Translations under genes and position numbers: made by a program
The notes under the pieces: model-generated
What the model saw: only the letters and a program-made list of their open reading frames with translations
Database searches by the model: none
What the model was told of the DNA's origin: nothing
From: Escherichia phage P479
Sequence record: MW269952.1
Strand: one strand, 5' to 3'
DNA: 64,000 bases
Shown: in pieces, positions 1-9,225 of the stretch
Position numbering within the stretch: position 1 is the stretch's first letter
Layout of the letters: each line of letters starts with the position of its first letter

Positions 1-1
1 T

Positions 2-2227
2 ATTGATATTGCTGCTAAGCTGCAGGAAGACGGTGGTGATGAAGTCCCTGAAGAAATCCTGGAAAAAATTGTTTATATGGCTTTCGATTCAGAAGAAGAA
101 ATGCTCCAGCAGTATTTGGTATTCTGGAACGAGAAAACTCCGGTTATGTTAACTGGTTGGAACATTGAGAAGTTTGATATTCCATATATCTACAACCGCC
201 TTAAAAATGTATTTGGTGAAGCTACAGCAAAACGTCTGAGCCCACATCGTCGTACAAAAGTTAAGGTCATTAACAACGGCTTTGGTGAAGAACAAGAAAT
301 CATTCAGATTCTGGGTATCTCTGTTCTGGATTATCTGGACCTGTATAAAAAGTTCAGCTTCACAAACCAACCGTCTTATTCGTTGGATTATGTTGCGGAA
401 TCTGAACTGGGTGTTGGTAAACTCCCGTATGATGGCCCGATTTCTAAACTGCGCGAATCAAATCACCAGCGGTATATTTCTTATAACATCATCGACGTTT
501 ATCGTGTTGTGCAGATTGACCGTAAGCGGCAGTTTATTAACCTGAGTCAGTCAATGGGTTATTATGCAAAGATGCAGATTCAGTCTGTATTCAGCCCAAT
601 CAAAACTTGGGATGCGATTATCTTTAACAGCCTGAAGACTCAAAACAAAGTCATTCCGGAAACCAAATCGCATGTTCGTCAATCGTTCCCTGGTGCATTT
701 GTTAAGGAACCGATTCCAAACGCGTACAAATATGTAATGAGCTGTGACTTAACATCTCTGTATCCGAGCATCATCCGACAGATTAACATCAGTCCAGAAA
801 CGATTGCCGGTTCATTTGCTCCAGCCCAGATGTATGAATACATCGCAGGAACTGCTGACCGTCCATCTGATACATTTAGTTGTGCTCCAAATGGTATGAT
901 GTATTTTAAAGATGTTGCGGGTATTATTCCGACAGAAGTCACCAAGGTGTTTAATCAGCGTAAAGAACACAAAGGCTATATGCTTGCGGCTCAACGTAAT
1001 GGTGAACTGATTAAGGAAGCTCTGCGTAATCCAGGAACTGGTACAACCGAGCCTGAAGTTGATTATCGTTATGACTTTGATGATAATATGAAAACAACCT
1101 TGCATGGTCTGAATCAAACAGTTCTGAATGGTATGTTGTACAAAGCGCAGATGGAAGAAGTTGCAGGCATGACCGCACAGATTAACCGTAAACTACTTAT
1201 CAACAGTTGTTATGGTGCTCTGGGTAATATCTGGTTCCGTTACTTTGACCTGCGAAATGCGACCGCGATTACATCTTTCGGACAACTTGCATTGCAGTGG
1301 ATTGAGCGTAAAGTTAACGAATACTTCGATAGTGTTTGTGGGACAAGCGGCGAAACTTATGTATTCTATGGCGATACTGACTCCATTTATATCCAGTGCG
1401 ATAACCTGATTAAAAAGGTTGGTGGCGAATCTAAATTCCGTGATACAAACCACCTGGTTGACTTCATGGACAAGTTTGCGAAAGACCGTCTGGAACCGGC
1501 AATCGATAAAGCTTTCCGTGAGCTGGCTGAATACATGAACAACAAACAGCACCTTATGTTTATGGACCGTGAAGCGATTGCATGTCCTCCGCTAGGTTCT
1601 AAAGGTGTGGGTGGATTCTGGACGGCGAAGAAGCGTTATGCGCTGAACGTGTACGATATGGAAGGCACACGATATGCTGTTCCGAAACTGAAAATCATGG
1701 GTCTGGAAACTCAAAAGTCGAGTACTCCAAAGGCATGTCAGAAAGCTCTGAAAGAATGTATCCGCCGTATGCTGCAAGAAGGTGAAGAATCTCTGCAGAC
1801 ATACTTCAAGGAATTCAATAAGGAATTTAATGAGCTTAACTACATGACCATCGCTGGTGTATCATCGGTTAACAACATCCAGAAATATAATGAAGGTGGT
1901 TTCCCTGGATTTAAGTGTCCGGCTCATATCAAAGGTGTGCTTGCATATATGCGTGCAACTAAAGGCCTGAAGACTGTTCCACAAATCATGGAAGGGGAAA
2001 AGGTGTATGTACTTCCTCTTAAAGTTGGCAACCCGTTTGGTGAAACCGTGATTGCATGGCCATCAGGGATTGAACTCCCGATTGAAATTCGTGACCAAGT
2101 CCTGCAGTGGATGGACTACAACACACTGTTCCAGAAGACTTTTGTTAAGCCATTAACAGGTTTCTCTGAAGCCGCAAAGGTTGATTACGAAAAGAAAGCA
2201 ACTCTTTTTGACATGTTTGACTTTTAA
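2..2227 (+). CDS. 43: DNA polymerase gp43, family B (5' end outside window)
   Basis: Frame open from the window edge; motifs KLLINSCYGALG and YGDTDSIY; followed by imm/uvsX as in T4. Confidence 0.93.
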   Translation: MDIAAKLQEDGGDEVPEEILEKIVYMAFDSEEEMLQQYLVFWNEKTPVMLTGWNIEKFDIPYIYNRLKNVFGEATAKRLSPHRRTKVKVINNGFGEEQEIIQILGISVLDYLDLYKKFSFTNQPSYSLDYVAESELGVGKLPYDGPISKLRESNHQRYISYNIIDVYRVVQIDRKRQFINLSQSMGYYAKMQIQSVFSPIKTWDAIIFNSLKTQNKVIPETKSHVRQSFPGAFVKEPIPNAYKYVMSCDLTSLYPSIIRQINISPETIAGSFAPAQMYEYIAGTADRPSDTFSCAPNGMMYFKDVAGIIPTEVTKVFNQRKEHKGYMLAAQRNGELIKEALRNPGTGTTEPEVDYRYDFDDNMKTTLHGLNQTVLNGMLYKAQMEEVAGMTAQINRKLLINSCYGALGNIWFRYFDLRNATAITSFGQLALQWIERKVNEYFDSVCGTSGETYVFYGDTDSIYIQCDNLIKKVGGESKFRDTNHLVDFMDKFAKDRLEPAIDKAFRELAEYMNNKQHLMFMDREAIACPPLGSKGVGGFWTAKKRYALNVYDMEGTRYAVPKLKIMGLETQKSSTPKACQKALKECIRRMLQEGEESLQTYFKEFNKEFNELNYMTIAGVSSVNNIQKYNEGGFPGFKCPAHIKGVLAYMRATKGLKTVPQIMEGEKVYVLPLKVGNPFGETVIAWPSGIELPIEIRDQVLQWMDYNTLFQKTFVKPLTGFSEAAKVDYEKKATLFDMFDF

Positions 2228-2296
2228 GTGTTTACAACGGCAATGGATTGCCGTATGATTACCGCATCAACTGATGAATAACTTAAGGATATTAAA

Positions 2297-2539
2297 ATGG
2301 AAACATTAATTGCGGGTACTGTTGTTCTTGGGGCTGGTTCTTTCTTCCTGGCTGCACTGACATATTTTCTGCCGTGGATTATCGCGCTGCTGCGTGGTAC
2401 CAAAAGTAATTGCGGAATCTTCTTTGTTAACCTCCTGTTAGGTTGGACAATGGTCGGATGGTTTATTGCATTTATCTGGGCACTCGTTGCTGAACGTAAA
2501 TCAAACGCACAAGTAATTATCATCAAGGAAGCAAAATGA
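2297..2539 (+). CDS. imm: Superinfection immunity (Imm)-like small membrane protein
   Basis: 80 aa, two TM helices, GW..AFIWAL motif; sits directly after gene 43 as T4 imm does. Confidence 0.6.
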   Translation: METLIAGTVVLGAGSFFLAALTYFLPWIIALLRGTKSNCGIFFVNLLLGWTMVGWFIAFIWALVAERKSNAQVIIIKEAK

Positions 2540-2679
2540 AGATAATTACAATTATTGTACTGATTGCATTTTTTAGTATGTCAATCTACTGGGCAATAAT
2601 GACTCCACATATGATTCCAACTTTAATTTTGGGTTGGGTATTTTTGGGGCTCCAAGCCCGCTATGAATGTTTTAATTAG
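2536..2679 (+). CDS. small membrane protein (47 aa)
   Basis: ATGA overlap with imm stop; hydrophobic; same AGGAAGCAAAATGAA initiation context as the next gene; not in ORF track (<60 aa). Confidence 0.4.
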   Translation: MKIITIIVLIAFFSMSIYWAIMTPHMIPTLILGWVFLGLQARYECFN

Positions 2680-2687
2680 GAAGCAAA

Positions 2688-3191
2688 ATGAAAAAGTTAG
2701 CTATCGCAGCTGTTATGCTGCTATCTGGTTGTGCTTACCAGGGCGATGTTGTTAATGCCAACGAGATTGGTAAAGCGCGAATTGCTGCAGACCGTCAGGT
2801 GCACAATGGTTCCTTTGATTTCAAAGGTGGTACTGGACTTATCTACAAACGCGACAACAATCAATGTGGAAACAACTGCGCGAAATATGCTCAACAAGAA
2901 ATTGAGTACAAACGCGAGCAAGCTGCGAAGCATGACGAAATCATTGCCAAGCTGGAAGCAGAAACCAAGCGACAAAATGACCTGGATACTGTTAACCAGA
3001 TTTCACAGGTCTGCATGTCATACATCAATATGCAGATAAACATCATGCGCGCAGAAGCTTATCAGGCAGCAGAGACGGGTTCTCCAAAAGCTAATGAGTA
3101 CCGCGATATGTATCAGCGTTCTGCTCAAAACCGTCTGAGCTATATTAATAAATGTGTAGCTAAAGAGAAAGCACGCCAAGGTATTAACTAA
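2688..3191 (+). CDS. putative lipoprotein
   Basis: Signal peptide with lipobox LLSGC; RBS-spaced ATG. Confidence 0.6.
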   Translation: MKKLAIAAVMLLSGCAYQGDVVNANEIGKARIAADRQVHNGSFDFKGGTGLIYKRDNNQCGNNCAKYAQQEIEYKREQAAKHDEIIAKLEAETKRQNDLDTVNQISQVCMSYINMQINIMRAEAYQAAETGSPKANEYRDMYQRSAQNRLSYINKCVAKEKARQGIN

Positions 3192-3212
3192 ACAAACTGC
3201 GAGAAGAATATT

Positions 3213-3341
3213 ATGATTGGTATGTTATTGATTAGCCTATGGTTGTTGTCTGCATTTGGTATTGGTTTTATGTACTGGTGGGACAAACGTCAGACCCGGA
3301 AGATTGTTGAACGTGCAATTAATCGTGGATTCAATCGTTAA
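3213..3341 (+). CDS. small membrane protein (42 aa)
   Basis: RBS GAGAAGAATATTATG; single TM helix; below ORF-track cutoff. Confidence 0.35.
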   Translation: MIGMLLISLWLLSAFGIGFMYWWDKRQTRKIVERAINRGFNR

Positions 3342-3420
3342 TTGCTCTGAAAATACAGTGATATAATTATCCTATCTTAAACCTGTGAGAAAAATATAAT
3401 GGTGCCTATGGAAAAAATGA

Positions 3421-4599
3421 ATGTCTATTGCAGATTTGAAATCCCGTTTGATTAAAGCTTCTACATCCAAAATGACCGCGACTCTTACCAAGTCCAAGTT
3501 TTTTAATGATAAAGATGTAGTTCGTACAAAAATCCCGATGCTGAACATTGCAATCAGCGGTGCACTAGATGGTGGTATGCAGTCAGGTTTGACTATTTTT
3601 GCTGGTCCGTCAAAACACTTTAAATCCAATATGGGTTTAACGATGGTCTCTGCATATATGAACAAATACCCCGATGCAATCTGTTTGTTCTATGATTCAG
3701 AATTTGGTATCACAGAAGCATATCTTCGTGCAATGAAAGTTGACCCGGAACGTGTTATCCACACGCCAATCCAGTCGGTTGAACAATTGAAAGTTGATAT
3801 GGTTAACCAGCTTGAAGCAATTGAGCGTGGTGAAAAAGTCATTATCTTTATTGACTCAATCGGTAACATGGCGTCGAAAAAAGAAACAGAAGATGCGATG
3901 AACGAAAAAGTTGTTGGCGATATGACTCGTGCTAAATCCCTGAAATCTCTGTTCCGTATTGTTACTCCATATTTTAGCATCAAGGATATTCCTTGTGTCG
4001 CGGTTAACCATACAATCGAGACGATTGAGATGTACAGTAAAACCGTTATGACCGGCGGTACAGGTGTTATGTATTCCGCGGACACCGTATTCATTATCGG
4101 TAAACGTCAGATTAAAGAAACTGGTAAAGAACTTGAAGGCTTCCAATTTGTTCTGAACGCCGAAAAATCCCGTATGGTCAAAGAGAAAAGTAAATTCTTC
4201 ATTGATGTAAAATTCGATGGGGGTATTGACCCGTATTCTGGCCTGCTTGATATGGCAATGGAAATCGGATTTGTGGTGAAACCAAAAGTTGGTTGGTATA
4301 ACCGTGAATATCTTGATGTTGAGACCGGTGAAATGGTCCGCGAAGAAAAATCATGGCGTGCAAAAGATACTAACTGCACCGAATTCTGGGGCCCGCTGTT
4401 CAAACACGAACCTTTCCGTGATGCAATCAAACGCCATTACCAACTGGGTGCAATCGATAGCAATGCTGTTGTTGATGCCGAAGTTGATGCGCTTATTGCT
4501 TCCAAGGTTGAAAAATACACTGCTCCTGAAGGTAAGACAAAACCGTCCGCTGCAGATATCGAAAACGATTTAGATATGATGGAAGACCTTGATGAATGA
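3421..4599 (+). CDS. uvsX: UvsX RecA-like recombinase
   Basis: 392 aa; N-terminus MSIADLKSRLIKAS and Walker A GPSKHFKS match T4 UvsX; acidic C-terminus. Confidence 0.93.
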   Translation: MSIADLKSRLIKASTSKMTATLTKSKFFNDKDVVRTKIPMLNIAISGALDGGMQSGLTIFAGPSKHFKSNMGLTMVSAYMNKYPDAICLFYDSEFGITEAYLRAMKVDPERVIHTPIQSVEQLKVDMVNQLEAIERGEKVIIFIDSIGNMASKKETEDAMNEKVVGDMTRAKSLKSLFRIVTPYFSIKDIPCVAVNHTIETIEMYSKTVMTGGTGVMYSADTVFIIGKRQIKETGKELEGFQFVLNAEKSRMVKEKSKFFIDVKFDGGIDPYSGLLDMAMEIGFVVKPKVGWYNREYLDVETGEMVREEKSWRAKDTNCTEFWGPLFKHEPFRDAIKRHYQLGAIDSNAVVDAEVDALIASKVEKYTAPEGKTKPSAADIENDLDMMEDLDE

Positions 4600-4933
4600 T
4601 ATCGATTTATCTGATTTAGATAATTTCGAGAAAGATGCGGAGGGAGCTAAGGCTCCTTCTGTACCTTACTACGAAAAAAGTTTGGAGATTATCCGGCAAT
4701 CCATGGGAACTGTGCGACAGGAAATTCTGTTATCACTCCCTGATGGGTCCAGTCACATTGTGTACGTAACCGGAATTAAAATTGAACCATCTGGAAAAGT
4801 TTCAGTTGATTTCGGCACCCCTTCTGAAGACCGCAAAGCGGAGCTTGCAGTGCATGTAGAAAAGTGTGTTACAATGCAAATACAAGATGAAATTGATAAG
4901 ATTAAAATGAAAAAGAGGTGGTGGAAGTGGTAG
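4589..4933 (+). CDS. 40: gp40-like protein (head vertex assembly chaperone in T4)
   Basis: 114 aa between uvsX and 41; assignment by position and size. Confidence 0.5.
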   Translation: MMNDIDLSDLDNFEKDAEGAKAPSVPYYEKSLEIIRQSMGTVRQEILLSLPDGSSHIVYVTGIKIEPSGKVSVDFGTPSEDRKAELAVHVEKCVTMQIQDEIDKIKMKKRWWKW

Positions 4934-6357
4934 AAACTATTTTATCCCAGCTACTCTTTAACAAGGAATATTTTGTTAAAGTCTGGCCATATCTGAATAA
5001 CACATATTTTGAAAAGGGTCCTGCAAAGACCCTTTTTAATACGATTAACGAACACGTAAAAGAATATCAAGCGGTACCAACTAAGACTGCACTTGATATC
5101 GCGCTCGACAGTTCTGACCTTTCTGAAGTCGAATATGAAGGCACAAAGAAACTCTTAGGAGTCCTGGCCGATACACCAGAAGACCAGGAATGGTTGGTTA
5201 AAGAAACCGAGAAGTATGTACAGAAGTCTGCGATGTTCAATGCCACATCCAGGATTATCGAAATCCAGAGTAATGCCGAACTTCCGAAAGACAAACGTGA
5301 TAAACGAATCCCGGATATTGGTGCCATCCCTGACATCATGCGCGATGCATTGTCTATCTGTTTTGACTCTGCTCTGGGCCATGACTGGTTAAACGATTAC
5401 GAAGCTCGATTCCAGACTTATCTGAACAAATCGAAGAAGGTTCCGTTCCGTATTAACATCCTGAATAAAATCACAAAGGGTGGGGTTGAGTACGGTACAG
5501 AGAATGTTTTACTGGCCGGGACGAACGTCGGCAAATCCCTTGGACTTTGTTCGTTAGCCGCTGACTATCTTCAGACTGGTCATAATGTGCTTTATATAAG
5601 CATGGAAATGGCTGAAGAAGTATGTGCCAAACGTATTGATGCCAACTTGCTGGATGTATCTCTGGATGATATTGATGAAGGTCATGTGTCATGGGCAGAA
5701 TACAAAAGTAAGATGGAAAAATGGCGCGCAGCAGGGACTCTTGGGACTCTGAAGATAAAACAATATCCAACTGGTGGTGCTCATGCGGATACCTTCCGCG
5801 CATTATTGAATGAATACAAACTGAAGCAAGGGTTTGTGCCGGATGTGATTATTGTTGACTACCTGGCAATCTGTGCAAGCTCAAGACTGAAAACGTTTAC
5901 CGAAAACAGTTACGGTCTGATTAAGATGGTTGCAGAAGAACTTCGTGGTCTGGCGGTCGAGAAAAATGTGGTCCTGTGGACTGCAGCACAGACAACCAGG
6001 GGTGCGAACGTTGCAGCTGAGATTGATATGGCTGACATTGCAGAATCCTTTGGTATTGCTCACACGGCCGACTTTATGTTGGGTGTTGTTGAGACCGAAG
6101 AATTCGCTCAAATGGGACTACAGTTAATCAAACAACTTAAGTCTCGTTATGGCGATAAGAACTACTATAATAAATTCAAGATGGGTGTTAAGAAAGGTAA
6201 TCAGCGCTGGTACGAGGTTGATGATGATTCAGCTCCTAAACAAGGCTCTACGGTTAAAGAAGCCACTGGTGAGATGAATCGCCAGGCTGAAATGAATAGA
6301 CAAACCAGGGTCAACAGGAGCGACCTGGACGACCTTGCTGCTCAAATGAAATTCTAA
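4918..6357 (+). CDS. 41: gp41 replicative DnaB-like helicase
   Basis: 479 aa; Walker A GTNVGKS; RecA-like core; T4 gp41 is ~475 aa. Confidence 0.92.
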   Translation: MVEVVETILSQLLFNKEYFVKVWPYLNNTYFEKGPAKTLFNTINEHVKEYQAVPTKTALDIALDSSDLSEVEYEGTKKLLGVLADTPEDQEWLVKETEKYVQKSAMFNATSRIIEIQSNAELPKDKRDKRIPDIGAIPDIMRDALSICFDSALGHDWLNDYEARFQTYLNKSKKVPFRINILNKITKGGVEYGTENVLLAGTNVGKSLGLCSLAADYLQTGHNVLYISMEMAEEVCAKRIDANLLDVSLDDIDEGHVSWAEYKSKMEKWRAAGTLGTLKIKQYPTGGAHADTFRALLNEYKLKQGFVPDVIIVDYLAICASSRLKTFTENSYGLIKMVAEELRGLAVEKNVVLWTAAQTTRGANVAAEIDMADIAESFGIAHTADFMLGVVETEEFAQMGLQLIKQLKSRYGDKNYYNKFKMGVKKGNQRWYEVDDDSAPKQGSTVKEATGEMNRQAEMNRQTRVNRSDLDDLAAQMKF

Positions 6358-6376
6358 AGACCTTCGGGTCTTTTTC
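6356..6376 (+). terminator. intrinsic terminator, UUCG tetraloop (after gene 41)
   Basis: AGACC-TTCG-GGTCT then TTTTT. Confidence 0.65.
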
Positions 6377-6384
6377 ATTTTAGA

Positions 6385-6446
6385 GGTTTACATCACCATA
6401 AAAAGGGTGTACTATTATCCCATCAACTACTGATGAGGATAATAAA
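6385..6446 (+). promoter_or_regulatory. early promoter-like cassette, degenerate copy
   Basis: GTTTACA and GGTGTAC then conserved leader CCATCAACTACTGATGAGGATAATAAAATG; -10 spacing atypical. Confidence 0.4.
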
Positions 6447-6695
6447 ATGTTATTAGTTAATGTGCATTACCAGTTCAAATCTGAAGAAGCTCTCCAAAAG
6501 TATGCTGATATTTGTGAGCATAATAAAAGAACAGCTGCCATTGTTGGTCTGAAGCCTTTTAAAATTTTGGATTGCTCCTTGAACAGAGCAAGGCGCTGGT
6601 GTAGTGTTGCCTGTCATGCTTCAGTTGAAGGGAATGATTATTTTTTCATTACTTTCAATGCACAAGATTTTCATTTAATTAATGAATTAAAATAG
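6447..6695 (+). CDS. hypothetical protein (82 aa)
   Basis: ORF preceded by conserved leader CCATCAACTACTGATGAGGATAATAAAATG. Confidence 0.55.
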   Translation: MLLVNVHYQFKSEEALQKYADICEHNKRTAAIVGLKPFKILDCSLNRARRWCSVACHASVEGNDYFFITFNAQDFHLINELK

Positions 6696-6750
6696 TGTAC
6701 AAGCCCCTTGTCTTAGGACATAATGATTTCATATTGAGTTACACAATAAA
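6691..6750 (+). promoter_or_regulatory. early promoter (GTGTACA, 17 bp, CATAAT) plus leader box
   Basis: GTGTACA 6696-6702, CATAAT 6719-6724, box CATATTGAGTTACACAAT. Confidence 0.6.
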
Positions 6751-6773
6751 CCAACTGTTAAAAGGAAAACCAT

Positions 6774-7076
6774 ATGTTTAATCAAACCGACATGAATCGT
6801 TACTATTTTGGACAATTCGCTCGCCGTGATGAAAACTGTGCTGCTCTTATCGCATCAGGCATTCAAACTGGTAAATTAATAAAGCTCAAAAGCGATGTTC
6901 AACCTTCATCTGTTCGCAGCTCTCTTCGTGAATATCTGCTTGCAGGCGGTGAAGTATATGTTATCGCTGAACCTTTTGTTAATGTGTGCGATGATTACAC
7001 AATTAGTGTGACTGTTATGCACCCAACTACTGGGAAAATTCGTTGTCTGACTATGCACAACTATGAGTTGGCATAA
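6774..7076 (+). CDS. hypothetical protein (100 aa)
   Basis: ORF with upstream promoter cassette and RBS AAAGGAAAA. Confidence 0.55.
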   Translation: MFNQTDMNRYYFGQFARRDENCAALIASGIQTGKLIKLKSDVQPSSVRSSLREYLLAGGEVYVIAEPFVNVCDDYTISVTVMHPTTGKIRCLTMHNYELA

Positions 7077-7085
7077 GTGAACAAA

Positions 7086-7137
7086 GGGGCTTACAGCCCC
7101 TTTTTCTTATGTTATAATGACCCTATCAACTACTGGA
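7086..7137 (+). promoter_or_regulatory. stem-loop with embedded -35, then TATAAT and leader box
   Basis: Hairpin GGGGCTTACAGCCCC (CTTACA in loop), TATAAT 7114-7119, box CCTATCAACTACTGGAG. Confidence 0.55.
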
Positions 7138-7144
7138 GAATAAA

Positions 7145-7462
7145 ATGAAAACCATTGATTGCAAGGCAGAATACAAAGTTTATTATCATGGGTCAAGCTC
7201 TAATGCTGGAATCCAAAATATGCTTTGTCCTCCTGATGCAACTGGTGTTCTGTCAGAAGTTGGGCGTAAGAAAAATTTAGGGCGTGTGTTTTTTACTGAA
7301 GATATTGGTTTGGCGCGTATCTATGCAGGAAGAGCAGCTCGCTCATATGGAGGAGAACCCCGTCTTTATCGTGTGATTGCACCTGTTGACGTGGTTTGTT
7401 TAAATGATACTAAAGGCGCAACAGTTTATCATGCTGCCTGGGCGTTTTGTGAGGAAATCTAA
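7145..7462 (+). CDS. hypothetical protein (105 aa) with YHGSS motif
   Basis: ORF with RBS GGAGAATAAAATG; H-G-S near N-terminus plus conserved Y and C-terminal EE. Confidence 0.55.
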   Translation: MKTIDCKAEYKVYYHGSSSNAGIQNMLCPPDATGVLSEVGRKKNLGRVFFTEDIGLARIYAGRAARSYGGEPRLYRVIAPVDVVCLNDTKGATVYHAAWAFCEEI

Positions 7463-7666
7463 ATGTATAAATTAGAGAACGTAGTGTTTATTGGTTGGTT
7501 TGAAAATGGCAATATGTTTACCAAAGAAACTGCGCTGGATGTCAGTGACAAAAATATGATTGAATGGGTTACAGTGCAGTATGCAGAAGTGAATAATGCG
7601 CTGGTTAAAGCCTTTGTTAATGATAATAAAGTTTTTGAATATGATTATCGTTCTAACGAAAAATAA
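7463..7666 (+). CDS. hypothetical protein (67 aa)
   Basis: Start abuts the stop of the 7145 ORF (TAAATG). Confidence 0.5.
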   Translation: MYKLENVVFIGWFENGNMFTKETALDVSDKNMIEWVTVQYAEVNNALVKAFVNDNKVFEYDYRSNEK

Positions 7667-7668
7667 CA

Positions 7669-7721
7669 GTTTACATCAAAGGGATAATGCTGTATATTAT
7701 CCCTATCAACTACTGAGGAGA
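7669..7721 (+). promoter_or_regulatory. early promoter plus stem-loop cassette
   Basis: GTTTACA 7669-7675; stem GGGATAAT...ATTATCCC over the -10; box TATCAACTACTGAGGAG. Confidence 0.6.
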
Positions 7722-7726
7722 TTGAA

Positions 7727-8020
7727 ATGAAAAAGTTATTAATCGCAGCAATTCTTACCGTAGCATCATGTGGTACAGCTCCAGTTACTGCTGGACTTGA
7801 TAAAGACCTTTGTGAGTGGTCTATGACCGCCGACCAGACTGATGTTGAACATCAGATTTATGCTGATATCATGAACATTACTAAACGTGACCGTCCAGAT
7901 ATGGTTAAAGAAGTATCTGACCAACTGGCTTCTGGTGACGTTATGCAGTATAACTATGTTCTGTATTGCGATGCTTCATTTGACAACAGCAAGATTGTTC
8001 AATGGGTTACAGGTGAATAA
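7727..8020 (+). CDS. putative lipoprotein
   Basis: Signal peptide with lipobox VASCG. Confidence 0.55.
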   Translation: MKKLLIAAILTVASCGTAPVTAGLDKDLCEWSMTADQTDVEHQIYADIMNITKRDRPDMVKEVSDQLASGDVMQYNYVLYCDASFDNSKIVQWVTGE

Positions 8021-8021
8021 A

Positions 8022-8459
8022 ATGATTAACAGAACTTTAGTTATCAAAAAACTTCGTTGTAAAAATCAAAATGCACAAGCATACAGGATGTTTTGGAGCG
8101 ACGAAATTCAATACCTGGGTTATTTTCTTGTTGATAGTGATAATAGAATTACGTTTGCTCATAAACTTCTTAACAAAGAATTAAACCATTGGCAAGAACT
8201 TATTGCGGTCAAGTCTAAATTATTTTCGCGCAATACAATGCACCAATTGGTTTATTTTTTCGCTGACGGTATTCCCGACAAGGTTGAGTTTGACGGGTTT
8301 GAATTTAAAGACATCAACCCTGATAATGAATTGAATGGCAGTATTGTTAATATGGGTATCCCAGGTAAGTACATCAAAAACAGTCTTTTGAAACTTCTGG
8401 AAACCCCTGTTTATTCAGTTGATGACCAGATTTTTAATGCCTTCATGAAGCGAGATTAG
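8022..8459 (+). CDS. hypothetical protein (146 aa)
   Basis: In-frame ATG at 8022 just after the previous stop (track ORF starts upstream at 7887); C-terminus DDQIFNAFMKRD. Confidence 0.5.
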   Translation: MINRTLVIKKLRCKNQNAQAYRMFWSDEIQYLGYFLVDSDNRITFAHKLLNKELNHWQELIAVKSKLFSRNTMHQLVYFFADGIPDKVEFDGFEFKDINPDNELNGSIVNMGIPGKYIKNSLLKLLETPVYSVDDQIFNAFMKRD

Positions 8460-8460
8460 T

Positions 8461-8817
8461 ATGAGTTATTATAATTTTCTGAATTTTGAACTGGCGAGCA
8501 ATAATGATGGTAATGCCCATTATGAATTCCGTGAGCCTCGGTTTAATCAGGCGATTGGTTATATTATCGTCAAAGATGATGTTATCATAAAGGCTCGCTC
8601 ATTCATGGTAATGAATGGACCTTATGAAGATACTCGCGGCTATCCATTTGATAAAAAGAATGTGCGCGATTGTGCAGCATGGATAACCGGAAACCCTGAA
8701 ATTGGGGTCATGATATCTACTGAAGCGAATGACATTCTGGAAGGGGTCGTCAAAGCTCAAGAACCGCCTACTGATATTGATGACCAGATTTTTAATGCCT
8801 TCATGAAGCGAGGTTGA
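8461..8817 (+). CDS. hypothetical protein (118 aa)
   Basis: ORF; C-terminus DDQIFNAFMKRG encoded by a 36-bp copy of the preceding gene's 3' end. Confidence 0.5.
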   Translation: MSYYNFLNFELASNNDGNAHYEFREPRFNQAIGYIIVKDDVIIKARSFMVMNGPYEDTRGYPFDKKNVRDCAAWITGNPEIGVMISTEANDILEGVVKAQEPPTDIDDQIFNAFMKRG

Positions 8818-8818
8818 T

Positions 8819-9040
8819 ATGTATGTTTTGACCCAATTCTCTAAAGCAATATATAGTTACTCTTGCCAGTGGGAAGTCTTTATTGATACCCCTTCGCCTA
8901 AGTATGGTGTTTTTGGGCGAGTAACTACGCAAGCTTACGTTGCGCGACCGACTAAACGTCAGATTCGTAAACTTAAAAAGGCACATCGTCAATTGATTAA
9001 AAGAAGGGAACAATATGAGTGCAATGTGTACGGGCTCTAA
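8819..9040 (+). CDS. hypothetical basic protein (73 aa)
   Basis: ORF, Lys/Arg-rich C-terminal half. Confidence 0.45.
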   Translation: MYVLTQFSKAIYSYSCQWEVFIDTPSPKYGVFGRVTTQAYVARPTKRQIRKLKKAHRQLIKRREQYECNVYGL

Positions 9041-9206
9041 GATTTCTGTCTTCCAGATTTTTGAAGAATATGAAATCGTGTCGCAAGACCAAGAAGCAAT
9101 CCATGTTATCGCTGATGATGGGGTTACCTGGATTATTCCGTTGTATCATGAAGACACTTATGAAGTGACTGATGCAAATGGTGATAAAGCTATCTTCGTT
9201 GTATAA
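9015..9206 (+). CDS. hypothetical acidic protein (63 aa)
   Basis: ORF overlapping the previous one. Confidence 0.4.
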   Translation: MSAMCTGSKISVFQIFEEYEIVSQDQEAIHVIADDGVTWIIPLYHEDTYEVTDANGDKAIFVV

Positions 9207-9209
9207 ATA
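9202..9209 (+). promoter_or_regulatory. late-promoter motif TATAAATA upstream of the 9226 ORF
   Basis: Exact TATAAATA 17 nt before ATG 9226. Confidence 0.4.
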
Positions 9210-9225
9210 GCGGAAAGGGGGTGTT

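Noticed and set aside
6421-6449. CUGAUGAGG in the conserved leader resembles the hammerhead ribozyme core
   Set aside because: No flanking helices or GAAA element in the right arrangement; the match is most simply the RBS (GAGG) plus spacer.
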